Source: Octopus sinensis
Taxonomy: Eukaryota
Reading direction: 5' to 3'
DNA length: 64,000 nt
NCBI RefSeq assembly: GCF_006345805.1
Contig: NC_043016.1
Span: 29,884,001 to 29,948,000, forward strand
Position numbers and translations under genes: made by a program. Under the pieces are notes generated by a model that saw only the letters and a program-made list of their open reading frames with translations, ran no database searches and had not been told where the DNA came from. Positions 24,750 through 37,840 of this stretch are shown here, piece after piece; position 1 is the first letter of the stretch, and every line of letters begins with the position of its first letter.

Positions 24750-25322
24750 TTACTTCTTTCAGTCATTAGACTGCAGCCATACTGGGGCACCAAGTAAAGA
24801 ATTTTGATTGAAGAGTTTTGGTCCAACAAATCAACACCAGTACTTTTTTTTACCTTTTAACCTTTTTGATACCAACCCGGCTGAAACTGCCACAGCTCTG
24901 TAGTACAAATGTCTTGTTTTCAAAAGTTTTGAATTAAAATCTTCCAACAAACCTCAGCCACAAATTATGTTCCTAACACTAGCTTAATGATAACTAAGTT
25001 ATTTTACTAAATCCTTGGTTGCATTTAAAATTAATTGAAAGAAACAAAGAAAATCTCAAAATAAATACAGTAATGAAAGGGTTAAGTGTGGTACTTATTT
25101 TGTCAGTTTCTTTTGCTGAACTGCTAAGTTACAGGGATTAACCACATCGACTACCAGTTGTCAAGCGGAGAAGGGGGACAGACAGAAACACACACACATA
25201 AGATATATGAAGAACTTCTTTCAGTTTCTGTCTACCAAATCTATTCACCACAAGGCTTTGGTCAGCCCAAAACTATAGAAGAAGATGCATGCCCAAAGTG
25301 CGAAGCAATGGGACTGAACCCA
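24750..25322 (-). mobile_element. SINE family A interrupted by a MITE family 2 insertion
   Basis: SINE sequence stops at 24856 and resumes at 25086 after the TTAA-flanked MITE. Confidence 0.75.
24857..25085. mobile_element. piggyBac-type MITE family 2
   Basis: TTAA-CCTTTT...GAAAGGG-TTAA; homologous to 45220-45448, 44064-44277, 53555-53767 and a decayed copy at 15725-15905. Confidence 0.85.
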
Positions 25323-25864
25323 CGATCAATTTTTTTTTTCTAAAAATTGATACAAAATTTATATACACCAAACATTCATTAAGTACTAAATTTGTTCTAA
25401 GTGTATTTGCTAAAAATAAACAATAACAATAAAATCATTCTAGGAAATTCAAACTGCCAGAAATAATTTTGTTTCTAGGTTTGGAAAATGTGCATTCTTT
25501 ACGAACAGAAAATTTCGATTTCTAAAGATTTTTTTTTTTTCTTCTTTTTTAAGGAAAATTTGAAGGAAACATTCCTACAGAGATAACTTCATTATATTTC
25601 TTGCTTTCAAGAACAAATAAAACAAATACGTCTTCCATGAGCAATATCTCAACAACAAAAGTATCCTGCAATATAGGAGTAAACAGTAAAGTCTAATTTT
25701 TAAAAAAAACACACACAAAAAAAAAAAAAAATGCAGCTAGTACACAACATTAATAAAAAAAATCATACCCACCCACATCACCACTACACTTATAAATAAC
25801 AAACAATTAACACTGTTCTTCTTATCTCTAATCAGTGTGTGTGTGTGTATGTGGATGTGTGCAT

Positions 25865-26085
25865 ATGACGCGGTGCTGTAAAGTTCCTGGCTTTGGGTAA
25901 AAGAAAATTCAGGATGATTAGTTTACTGTGACTTTATTCAACATATTTCCTTCCCATATTCACACACTTAACTGCAGTGATCCTTCAGTTTTCCTAAGCC
26001 CTGCAAAAGAACTAAGAAGGTTGGGCCTCCAACCAGGCCTTTCACAATATCCTTAAAGCCAGGAACTTTTCTGGCCCACCTCATA
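25865..26085. mobile_element. Tc1/mariner-type MITE
   Basis: Terminal inverted repeats TATGAC..GCTGTAAAGTTCCTGGCTTT / AAAGCCAGGAACTTTTCTGG..TCATA, flanked by TA. Confidence 0.75.
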
Positions 26086-26120
26086 TATGTGTGTGTATAG
26101 ATATATATATATATAAATAT

Positions 26121-26718
26121 AATTAACAGAATGAGATAAAAATCCAAGGCTGTGAAAGATATCAGAACATTTATAAGTAGGTCTTACAGCTGTTTCCGGG
26201 ATATTTTATATATTCCTTCATCAGAGACGGTGTGAGAAAATGGATAAGCAATAGTTATTCTAGAAAAGATATGAAATAGAGAGTGAAGTGGAGGAATGAA
26301 CACAGACATGAGATATGCAGGGATATTGTATCTGTAGTTCCATTATTTAGTTTACATTATAAGTTTCCTGTACCTTTTGTGTAAGTTCCAAGCATAGAGT
26401 TTGCAGAGTGTTATTGAATCCACCATATACAAACTCTATGCTTGGAATGACCAATTTTAAATACTATTGGAACTCACACACAAGGTACAGGAAACTTATA
26501 CGTATACCATTCTGCCTAAATAATAGAACTTCGGATACAATATCCCTGCATATCTCACGTCTGTTTTCATTCCTCCACTTCACTCACTATTTCATATCTT
26601 ATCCAGAATAACTATTGCTTATCCATTTTCTCACATATCCTGGAAACAGCTGCTTGACCTTTTTATAAATGTTCTGAAATCTTTCACAGCCTTGGATTTT
26701 TATCTCATTCTATTAATT
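26121..26718. mobile_element. About 600-bp fold-back element (arms 26121-26403 and 26430-26718) with a hammerhead in the left arm
   Basis: Long inverted arms with scattered mismatches, e.g. GTGAGAAAATGGATAAGCAATAGTTATTCT / AGAATAACTATTGCTTATCCATTTTCTCAC. Confidence 0.9.
26181..26228 (-). ncRNA. Minimal type I hammerhead ribozyme motif, core intact
   Basis: Reverse complement: gtct CTGATGA a ggaatat ataaa atatccc g GAAA cagctg TA agac. Confidence 0.75.
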
Positions 26719-26853
26719 TTTTTATATATACGCATGCCGATATATGACCTACATTGGACTCCTCATTCACATAATCACCAAACCTGGAGCTTAAGTATAG
26801 TCTGTGCATACCACTTACTCAGCATTACCTGACACCTTTGGGTCTTCTTCTTG

Positions 26854-26899
<46 letters not shown>

Positions 26900-29800
26900 T
26901 ATATATGTGTGTGTGTATGTGTATATATATGTATGTATGTATACATGTATGTGTGTTTGTGTACGTATGTACATATATATACCAGTGGTTGTCCATCATA
27001 GGTAAATACTGACTTTTCTGTTCAGACTTTTGCAGAACAAAATACCTTTGAAAGGTGCTTAAGGCAGTTGGTATCATTCTCCTATCACCACCAGGCTGCC
27101 TCCTGGGCCTCCATGCCAAGTACCAAGTTATGTTCAAGAGTGCAACAAACATGGTTAACAATGTGACTGCCCTGCTGTAGCACTTCACTTGCTAGCTGAC
27201 GTCCAACTGTTGCCTGATGGTACAGATCTTCTGTTAAGACACAATAACCTTTAAGTCAGTGGTGTAGAACTCCTTTGCCTTGTCAGATATTCAATGTCCT
27301 GCTGCCAATGTCCTCACTGTATCACTGGCATGGGAAGCTAAGGGGTCACTATCACATGCATAAGGCACCACTTCAGTTTAAGGACAGAAGGGGTGACTTA
27401 ATCTCCTTTTTACAGCCTGCCACCGGCGTTTGTTCCATATATGAAAAGGTACTGAAAAGTTCCTGGTTTTGAGTAAAAGAAAATACAGGAGGATCAGTTG
27501 ATTATGATTTTATTCAACATATTTCCCTCTCAAATACTCACACTTATTGCAGGTAACACTCAGAGAAACAAGAAACCAATTTGACCCAAATCAAAAAACT
27601 TTTACTTTCTATTATGGTATCGGAAACTGCCTCTTCCTGACAGTCAACATTAAATAGAATAACATCCACTTTTACATACTTGCATATATAAAGGCAGAAT
27701 TTGCTAAGGTGAATTTTCTTCAGCTGGATGCTCTTCCTGTGGCCAACTGTCACCTGTTCACAAACAAGGTAATACTTACCTTTTCATGGAAGACTGGAAA
27801 CAAACAGTGTCACTAATATGGCAGTGATGTTCATGAACAACCATACATATGTGTATGTGTGTGTGTGTGTGTGTGTATAAGTATGCTTGTGTTTATGTGT
27901 CCCCTTGACATCATGTGATGATTGTGGACAGGCTGTACTGTCATACAAATGAAACTGTTTTCAGTCTTCTTTGAAAAATGTCTGGCCCTGAGGAATTATT
28001 ACCTAGCTTTGCAAGCAGGTGATAATGACAACAGGAAGGGCATCTGGCTATAGAAAATCTGCCTTAACAAATTTCATCAACTAAATCCATTCCTAAGGCT
28101 TTGGTTAATCTGGGGCTACAGTAGAAGGCACTTACCCAAGACCCCAGGGCTAAGAAGCAAGCCTCTCAACTATGTTTTTCTGTCCAACCACTAAAATTCA
28201 TTAATTCACACTGAATATTATTAACCCAACTATCCCATCCCTTTTATTTCCATCACAAATCTGAAAGGCACTACTCCCTTTCTTCCAACCACTCAGCCCT
28301 TGGACGAATAAAAATCAAATTAAGCTAGACAATGATTCCATCATCAATGGAATATTTTAAAATCAATTCTCATTAAAACATTCTTATGAAATATCACAAA
28401 AGAAAAATTTGAAAGCAAAAACAAAGTCATCGAAACCTTCCCATCTGAAACATAATCAATAAAACATTTTAGATTCTAAAAGTTAGCCTCAAAAGAAGTT
28501 GTTTTATGAAAGGTATGTTCCACTTTATGTCTCACGGTGGGTACTTTGTGAACAAGGAGTTAGTGTTCACATCATTCTACCTCTAAATAATCATAATCTA
28601 AAAATCATGTAACATAAAATCATTATGATGAGAATAATAAAAAAAAACTATCAAAAATTTGAAAAATGTTGATACAACAATACATATCACATGCTATTAA
28701 AATTTAAAAAATACAAAGAAATTTCAAGCAGAGTAATTATGATCTGCTAAACGAAAAACTATTTTCCTAAGTGATTTAATTTTTGAAAAAGTGCTATTCT
28801 CCTGGAAACTTACTTTATATATAAAACTCTGATCATATAATTACAAAAATTATAATTCAATCCCAAAGAAATTAAATGATAAACCCCCCCCAAAAAAAAA
28901 ATACGGTTTTATAAAATATTCCCCTTTCATTTCATGAACAAAAATCGCAAAATCTTTTTTTATTGTTGATTCATAATTTACAATACGTTTGGCAAATGAT
29001 TACACAATTATTATTATTATTATTATGAAAAGAATGCGTCTCTAAATTGATAAATTCAATTATCATTCATTAATTTTTTTTCATTCTATTAATATATTTA
29101 TAAATTAAAAAATTTTTAGTCTTCATAATTAACTCAGAACAATTTTACTAAGAAAACTATGCCTACAAACCCAAAAAGTACCATGCATATAGGTTGTCTA
29201 ACCTAAGTTTTGCAATGCATTAATTAAAAGAAAACAGCCAGAAAATTATTAAAAATATACTACTAATATATTCATTAACCTACTTCTTTTATTTTATATA
29301 CTATATTTCTAGCAATAATATAAACATATTGTGATACAATAAAATAAGATACTGAAAAATTTGTGTAATAGGTCACAGTAACCTATTTATTACATTTAAA
29401 TGAGATAGATCTGACACATTATTTCACATGACTTATTTTTCCAATTAGTACAAAAATTAAACCCTTTAATTAGGTGAATCTTTAATAAATGTAAAATGTT
29501 AAAATTAAATTGACTTTGATCAGTATAATCATATTAACCAAAGTCGATTAAAAGGAAACTGAAATTCAAAAGCCATTTTAAGTATAAAATCATTATTGAT
29601 AGAACAAATAAGAGGTGAGATAGAAATTTGTGTTGAAATAAGTATCCTGGCTGTGTAGTGTCCATGTGTAGAAACGGTATATTGTGGGTCACATATCAAG
29701 ATACAGATAATGTGTGACAACAGCTTAAGTGAAATTCAACCTCGTTATAACTATAGCTATTTTTTCAAGTGGTTAACATAAAAATGGAGTTAAAAGAAAA

Positions 29801-30049
29801 GGGGCACTACATTTTGATGTTTGTTCACAATAAAATGAAGGGGGTTGGAAAAGAAATTAAAAAGAAAAAAAATACTACAGTAATTGTGGCAGGGTAACAT
29901 AGAAATTATTATTAATAAGACTATTTAATGAGAATGACTAGTGAATGAATAAATGTTATAAAAGAACAAAGAAATCTCAATTGTTTTAAATAGTTTTCAT
30001 CTTGAATTTCATTTAGTTTAATATTTTACATTTTAAAATTTGTTTTGCA

Positions 30050-30116
30050 TTAACATCTCAAATGGTTCCATAAATCCTTGAGAATGTCCCCCAGCCCCCA
30101 ACTGTCATCTAAATAC
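30050..30116 (-). CDS. Candidate terminal coding exon (..YLDDSWGLGDILKDLWNHLRC*) of an unidentified gene
   Basis: Strong acceptor ttctttgtattttatAG, one open frame to TAA, followed on the minus strand by about 1.8 kb of TE-free U-rich sequence resembling a 3'UTR. Confidence 0.35.
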
Positions 30117-31039
30117 CTATAAAATACAAAGAATTAGGATGTTCAGACATCTAGTTTTAGGTTGGGCAGTCCAACTTTGGCACATTCTGTACTCCATTCG
30201 AGTTGTCAACACCTGAACAGGATGCTAATTTGTCCTCTGTCTTGGGATCTAATTTCATAATTTATATTTATATTTTTGAGGTAATTTACCTCAAAAATAT
30301 CAAACTTCAAGCAGAGAAAAAAAATCTTTGCAATTAAAGAATTTTGCTACCTTTTCACTTGACACCTATTTCTCCTCCCCACTTCATTCCTTTTTTTCTT
30401 CTATCTCTCTCATTCAGTTTCTCTCTCTCTCTCTCTCTCTTACTACCTCCTGTCCACATATGAAGCTCCTATGGTCCTGCATTCCTTATCAGTTTCAGCC
30501 AGTCACTCAAACATAAAGGATGTAAAACTTTGTTAACTCTTTGTAATTGCATTCCTATTAGTTTTTTCCTGAAGAACACCGGATTTGCCACTCCTCACAG
30601 CAAGTTCACTCTGCTTTTTTGTTTATTTATTTATTTATTTTTTTGATTTTACTAAGCAATTCAAGTCTTGCTGGCACAAGCCAAAAGTCACCTTGGATTC
30701 TGTTTCATTTTACATATATATGATGGACTATCCAGTTGAAGATGATGTATGAGCATTCAGCTTTTTCCTGAATGATCTGCACAAATGATTCATTCATAGT
30801 GATCAAATGTTCGTGCCATACATTAGCTTATTCTTTCCATCAAATTGATGTTGTCTGAACAGATGCATGGTGTACCAAGTATCAGGTATTAAAATGATCA
30901 TAGAGCAATGCTTGATGAAGTGTTTTGCTCAAGAACACAATGCACCACCCAGTCTAGGAATAGAAACCACAATCTTGTGATCACAAGTGTGACACCCTAA
31001 CCACCAAGGCATGCATCCTCACACACACACATATATATA

Positions 31040-31390
31040 GGTGCAGGCATGGCTGTGTGGTAAGAAAGTTTGCTTCTCAACCATGTGGTTTGAGATTCGG
31101 TCCCACTGCATGATGACTTGAGCTAGTGTCTTCTACTATGGCCATAGGCTGACTGAAAGAAGCCTTTTGTGTGTTTGTGCGTGTGCCACTGTCCCTTTGC
31201 ATTCAATTCACATGATAGTTGTATATGAACATTCGCTATCATGCAAGAAGTGTCCTTCATCACCAAACTTTCATGGAAACATATCTGGTCATAAGGAGAA
31301 ACAGGTGAAGGTTGGCGACAGGAGGAGGCTACAGAAAATCTACCACAATAAATTCCATTCAACTCATACAAACATGCAACTGTGGATGTC

Positions 31391-31392
<2 letters not shown>
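31040..31392 (+). mobile_element. SINE with family A tRNA head and a different body ending in an RTE-like tail
   Basis: Head GGCTGTGTGGTAAG..GTCCCACTGC..GTCTTCTACTAT, then GGTTGGCGACAGGAGG tail. Reverse copies near 37165-37550 and 39810-40235. Confidence 0.6.
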
Positions 31393-31459
<67 letters not shown>

Positions 31460-31564
31460 AACATAGAGTAAATATCGTTTCTAAAAATTTAGACAAAAAG
31501 TAATGGCAATGTTACATGAGGTGTTTAGGTGTTTAAAAGAAATGGCAAGGCTGCAGCAATACTA

Positions 31565-31878
31565 CAGCCACGCTGGAGCACCACCTTTAGTCAAAGAAAT
31601 CGACCCCGGGACTTATTACGCCAGTCTACCAGTCTCTTTTGCTGAACTGCTAAGTTTCGGAGACATAAACACACCAACATCAATTGTGGAGTGATGGTGT
31701 GTGTGTGTGTGTATATATACATAGACACACACATAACGGGCTTCTTTCAGTTTCCATCTACCAAATCCACTCACAAGGCTTTGGTTGGCCTTAGGCTATA
31801 GTAGAAGACACCTGCCCATGGTGCCACGCAGTGGGACTGAACCTGGAACCATGTGGTTGAGAAGCAAGTTTCTTACCA
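31565..31878 (-). mobile_element. SINE family A
   Basis: Matches 48843-49252 with an internal deletion. Confidence 0.85.
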
Positions 31879-32088
31879 CACAACCATGCCTGTGCCTATG
31901 TTGACTTGAGAGGAACATTGATGACATCGATCTCACTTTGTCTGGGATGATTTAAAAAATCCATGGGCATTAGTCCTTTCTCTAGGCTCAACAATTTTAT
32001 TTTTAAAGTCAAGGGAAAAAGCAGAGCATACTGGCTTTCACAGATCCTTCAAGAGACTTGGCTCCTGTATGAGGATAACCCACTAAAG

Positions 32089-32285
32089 CAGGGGTTCTCT
32101 ACTTTTTCAATATCTGAGCTAGATCCAAAAGCTGGAATATTTTTAGGGGCTTGCACCAAAAAAATTAAAGCATATATCAATTAAAGAAAAATTTATCATA
32201 TTTATAGAGTGAAAACTGTCAGGGACCACTGGAAGGATGCTTGAGGGTTGCATATAACTGTAGGAGCTGCAGTTGAGAGCCTCTT
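32089..32285. mobile_element. hAT-type MITE
   Basis: Termini CAGGGGTTCTC / GTTGAGAGCCTCTT with 8-bp flanking duplication CACTAAAG / CCCTAAAG. Confidence 0.55.
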
Positions 32286-33016
32286 CCCTAAAGACATCCA
32301 GGAACCAGATGGTATTGGTGGTGGTGGCAGTAGTGTTACATCAAATGGTGGAGTCAGTATACCACTCAATAACAGGGTCAGCCTCTCCGTGTTTTCACAG
32401 TTTCTATCTCCCAAATTTCATTCACAAAGAAGTAAGAACTTAGATTGAACCCGAAATCACTTGACTGTGAAGTGAACTTCTTAATTATACAGCCTGTTAA
32501 GTATGAACTTGTGGTTCAAATTCTTTAAGAATTGTAATCAAGGCCCAGAAGTTACTAAATGCTGTTGAGCTTTTAATAACGAATAGCATACTGCTTCAGT
32601 ACCTCTGTTTACCAGAAAAGTTAAATGGTAAAACAAGGTTACTCTGGCTTGAATCAATTTTTTAAAACATATTTTGCTAAAATAAGCAAATTTTGCTATC
32701 AATAAGCCATATAACTAGAAGTTATAAACAGTATATGGAAATAGAAAAGTGAAAAGTGCAATTATTGAAACCACAATAATCTTTTATAATTTCACTTATT
32801 TCAGTCATTAGACTGCAGCCATGCTGGGGCACCACCTTGAAAAAGTTTTTGGGACAAGCAAATGAACCTCAGTACTTATTTTTTAAGCCTGATACTTATT
32901 GTATTGATTTCTTTTGCCAAACTGCTAAGTCATGGGGACATAACAAACCAACAGTGGTTGTCAAATGGTGGTGATACATATATATGCAGACACATACATA
33001 TGCACACACACACACA

Positions 33017-33372
33017 TGGGTTGGACGGTTCAACTGGGGTCTGGGAAGCCAGAAGGCTGCACCAGGCCCAGTCTGATCTGGCAGTGTTTCTACAGCTTGA
33101 TGCCCTTCCTAACGCCAACGATCGGATGGTGCTTTTTAAGTGCCACTGGCACGGGGACCAGACGAAGCTGGCAACGGCCACGGTCGGATGGTGCTTTTTA
33201 TGTGCCACCAGCGCTGGCTACGGCCACGTTCGGGTGGTTCTCTTACGTGCCACCGGCACTGGCATCACAACTACAAATTCCATTGATGTTGATAGATTAC
33301 GATTTTGATTTTGATCTTCACTTGCCTCAACAGGTCTTCACAAGTGGAGTTTTGTGTCCCAAGAAGGAAAGG
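33017..33372 (-). mobile_element. Family C RTE-related repeat, young CpG-rich copy
   Basis: Reverse complement of the 51810-52075 and 61838-62106 type, with internal GTGGCACGTAAAAAGCACC sub-repeats. Confidence 0.8.
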
Positions 33373-36065
33373 AATGCATTTATATACACATATTTTTAAA
33401 AATAACACCTTTCTCTGCTTTCACTGTCCATACCTGGCACCTGTGACAAACACTTGTAGTCATGTTGTAAACCACACAAACTCTTCACTTGTGCTTCTTT
33501 ATTATTTTTTTAATCTTTATATATTTCCCTTCTATTTATATTTTTTTCCTTATGTAAAACATTTGTTTTTTTTCTTCAGTGTTTAACTATAAATTGTTTC
33601 CCCCTTTTGTTGACCTTCTTTTATCCTATTTTGATCAGCTTTTAATTTCTTCCAATACTGTACTGTCTGTACACACACACATGACAAGCTTCTTTTAGTT
33701 TCCATCTATCAAATCTATTTACTTATAAAGCTTTGGTCAGCTTTGGGCTATTGTAGAAGATACTTGCTCAAAGTGCCATGCAGTGGGACTGGACACACAC
33801 ATAGACTCCTCCCTCTCTCTCTCCATATACATTTTTTCTATACTTTCATGTAGGAGCTGGTTACAGCCCATGAGATTTTCACACAGTCCCAGACAGGTGA
33901 GATGCAAGAAACCAACACAACCTGCATACCTACAGATCAGTTTCTGTAAATGAAAATCATAAACCAGCATAGAAAGGAACCAATGGTCTGATCTGAAGGC
34001 AGAGGTGATAAGAAAAGGATGCCATGTCAAATAGCCCTCCTGTATTGTGTCCCATAAGCTGTCCATTCACATGGAGAGAGCGAGAGAAAGAATTTGTTGC
34101 CTACAGTGATTAAAAAGAAAAACCCTGAAATTCTACCACCTTTTGTTACTGCAGCAACTACAGTTTCATTTCAACAAACTCTGACATTAATTAGGCCACC
34201 TAAGTAATGAAAATTACCTAATTCTTTAGTAAAATATTTGTAGAGTTTACGAGTGCTTAAACCGATAACTACTACCTTGTATATAATCACATCTGAAGTT
34301 CTGGCAATTGGCCAGAGATCCAAAACACCTTTTCCATTTCCTCTCTCTCTCTCTCAACAGTTCTCTGAATACAAATAGCAGTAAAATGAGAAGTACAAGC
34401 AAGACAGAACTCTTCAGTCCAACCACAAATAACCAGTCAGCACAGGTAGCATAATGAGCAAAAATGCAACCAGTCCATGCTGGGACATAAAAAAACATGG
34501 CAAAGAAAAATACATGACTCACAAAATAATAAATATAGCCAGTTATCCAGTTATCTGCTGCTGGATGTGCCAGACATCAAGGTTCACAGAGGTGCAATGA
34601 GATGTAACACCCATCTGATCCGTTCCGGTATGGTAAACAAACACAAATTGGTTCTGAAGATCTCACACATATCATACTACATTAATATAGAAATCTAAAC
34701 ACATTTTTTGAAAAAATAAATCTTATGATATTTTTTGAATGACTAAAAATAAATAATATATATATTCACCACCACTATTCAACCTCCATTTTCCATGCTG
34801 GCATGAGCTGAACATTGACAGGAGCCAGCAAGATAGAGGATTGTGCTAAGTTCCAGTGTTTATTATGTCATGGTTTCTATGGCTGGAATCCCTTCCTGAT
34901 GCCTATCATTTTACAGAGTGTACTGACTGGGTACCTTTTATAAGGTACTGGAACCAATAACATCAGCAAGTAACTTACAAGACAAGAGCCCCTCATCTGA
35001 GGGTGTGTAGATCTGAGGGAGGTAGCTTTGAGCCAGGTGATGAAAGGTTAAAGAATAACAGAGGGACAGAAACAGGTGTTTTGCTATATAGAAGGTACAT
35101 GCCTACCTCAATTGGAAAAGAGAGAGTAGAGAGAAAGAGGGGGTAGAGATGATGGTGAAAATGTGTCAGAGTGTACCCTCTGACACATTTTAGAGAGAAG
35201 TGAATGTAAGTAAAGTGGCACAGAGGAATTAATGTGTGTGTGTGTGTGTGTATTATATATATTTATATATATATATACATACTTAGAGTGGGGTTAGAGT
35301 ATGTATAATACACATATGTGTGTATGTATTATATATGTCTGTCCCTCTCCTTCCCCAATACCTTTACAACCTTTACCCACCTACACTCCTGTTTCCTGTC
35401 TCCACTCATTTCTTACTCACCTGATATCTTCTTGAGGGTCCACCCACACACCTCATGACAACTATTCTTTATCACAGCTATTTTTATCTCTTTCCTGCTG
35501 CACCTCAGTCCCCACCCCCATCTCCAACATCTTCTAAAGTATGAATAACCATGCAGCTCTCCTACAGCTAGAACCCCACCCCCACCCCGTTTCTTCTCTG
35601 GTCTCTTCTCTTGTACTTTAACTCATTTCCTAGCATAAAGAAGCCTCTCTTGGGGTTCATAGTCTTGTGAGCTGCATAATGGCTTTTATAGTGCTGGTAC
35701 CATGAAAAAAAAAAAAAAAACTACAGAGAAACTACACCAAAGCAAACACACACTCACGCGCACATGGCACACACATATGTCCGAGAGTGAACATACTACA
35801 TTGTTTCAAATATAGAAATCTAAGGAAGTTTTACCACAAAAATAGGAAGTTTAAAAAGTTACAAGAAGAAGTGGTATTTCATAACCAGGATATTTTGTTT
35901 TATAGACCTGTATTATAACTATCCTTCCCTTTCTAAGGTGTTAGGGTGAGATGAGGGAAATTAGTTACTGTTTCTGGCAGGTTGGGTGAATAATATGTAG
36001 AAATTTCACATTTGGCCTATTCTTTCCTGTGCAGATAGTCCCCAAATCACTGTCAAAACACTATT

Positions 36066-36290
36066 TTAACCACTTCAGCATTTAAACCAGCCATATCCAG
36101 CCCAAATATTCTACCTGTTTTGTGTTCAAACTTACCAGATCAGGCCTCTCACACCTACCCCGCAAAGTCATTCTAAAAATAAACAATCCCATCATCAAAA
36201 TCTCAAAGTTACAAGATAATGCTTGATTGAAAACAACGTGAATAAATAAGCATTACATTTGACAGAATAATCTGAATGCTAAAGGGTTAA
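36066..36290 (+). mobile_element. piggyBac-type MITE family 1, complete
   Basis: TTAA at both ends; terminal inverted repeat ends AATGCTAAAGGG-TTAA. Confidence 0.85.
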
Positions 36291-37561
36291 ATGTAGTTTA
36301 GACAGAGCTGAGTACATTTATTTTAAACAAGTTCTTCACCAAAGTTGTCTAAGGTAAGATATCATTTTATAGATTAAGTGTTTACAAAGATATTGAGGAG
36401 GGTTTTGTATAGCGTCATCAGTCTGTCAGACATGTGTTTCCACATGGTCAAACCTTAAGTTATATATGCTGCTACAGCTGTTCATGATCGAGTTACCCTC
36501 CATGTATCTGACCCACTTTCTCTGTAAATTCTGTTGTACAATTGTACACTTGAAAAGCATCCAGTCCACACTGTGAAGTGGCTGACCTCTGAAAGGGTAT
36601 TCAGCAATAAAATCCATGCCAAAACAGACCTCGCCTGTATCGGTGCCACATAAAAAGCATTCAGTCCACTCTGCAGGGTGGTTAGTGTTAAGAAGGGCAT
36701 CCAGCTGCAAAAACCCTGCCAAAATAGACACAATGGTCTTCTACCTGGCTGGCTCCAGTCAACCAGTCCAACCCATGCCAGCATGGAAGGTGGATATTAA
36801 ACGATGACAATTATCACACACACACGCACACACACACTGTTGATAGTTCAGTTACTTCAATGAGTCACCTTGTCTGATGATAACAATGAGGTTATCATGG
36901 CAGACACATATTTTGCCCACTGATATTGATATGGCCAAGTTTATAGACTCATCTATATGCACCTGATGTTCATCAACTTCCAATCACCTCAACAACTGCA
37001 ATTTTACATCCCAATATGAGGTTTTCCATAGCACCTTAAATGAATTTTCAGGATTTATGGTTGCAGCCATTTTCCACTTGTAATGGATAAACAAATGTGT
37101 GAACAATTTGGATGTATGGAGAAGTATGTATGAGTATCATCATCATGATCACCATCATTATCATCATTTTCACACCAACCATGTTTCCATGCTTGCATGG
37201 GTCAGATGGAATTTGCTGAGGTGAGTTTTGTACAGCCAGATGACCTTCTTGTTGCCAGTCCTCCCCTGTTTCCAAGTGAGCTAATATGTCCCCATGACCA
37301 GGTATGCTTTCATGGAATGTTAGAAATGAAGGACACCACTTGCATGAGAGTGACACCTGCTTACAACTATTATGTGATTTCAAAACAAGGAGACAGAATC
37401 TAAGACAGACAGATACACACACACACACGCACACATATGACAAGCTTCTTTTAGTTTCCATCTACCAAATCTACTTATTCGTAAGGTCTTGGTCAGCAAG
37501 GGGCTATTGCAGAAGACACTTGCTCAAAGTGCCAACAGTGGGACTAAACTTGGAAGTATGC

Positions 37562-37710
37562 ACATTATTTACATTATTTACATTTGATGGATATTTCTCC
37601 TCATCTTGTTTGTTGTTAACACAACATTTCGGCTGATATACCCTCCAGCCTTCATCAGGTGTCTTGGGGAAATTTCGAACCTGGATTCTCATTCCTAAGA
37701 TATTTTTCGA

Positions 37711-37741
<31 letters not shown>

Positions 37742-37840
37742 GTTGTTGTTGTTCATGTCACTGCTTGGAATTGAACTCGGAATCTTGGGGTTAGTAGCAT
37801 GCGCTCTTAACCACTACGCCATATGCTCATGGGCATATGT
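37562..37840 (-). mobile_element. tRNA-headed hammerhead-carrying SINE, near full length, inserted into another SINE
   Basis: Reverse complement: GCATATGGCGTAGTGGTTAAGAGCGC (A-box)...GAGTTCAATTCC (B-box), (AAT)n, hammerhead, (AATGTAAAT)n tail. Flanked by the direct repeat TGGAAGTATGCA at 37551-37562 and 37848-37859. Confidence 0.8.
37618..37663 (-). ncRNA. Minimal type I hammerhead ribozyme motif
   Basis: Reverse complement: gacac CTGATGA a ggctg gagggtatat cagcc GAAA tg TT gtgtt; stem I is gacac/gtgtt. Confidence 0.7.

Noticed and set aside
26775-27300. 137-aa ORF / possible Tc1-IS630 N-terminal relic (RPRRQPGGDRR)
   Set aside because: Half the ORF is microsatellite and the similarity is too weak to name.
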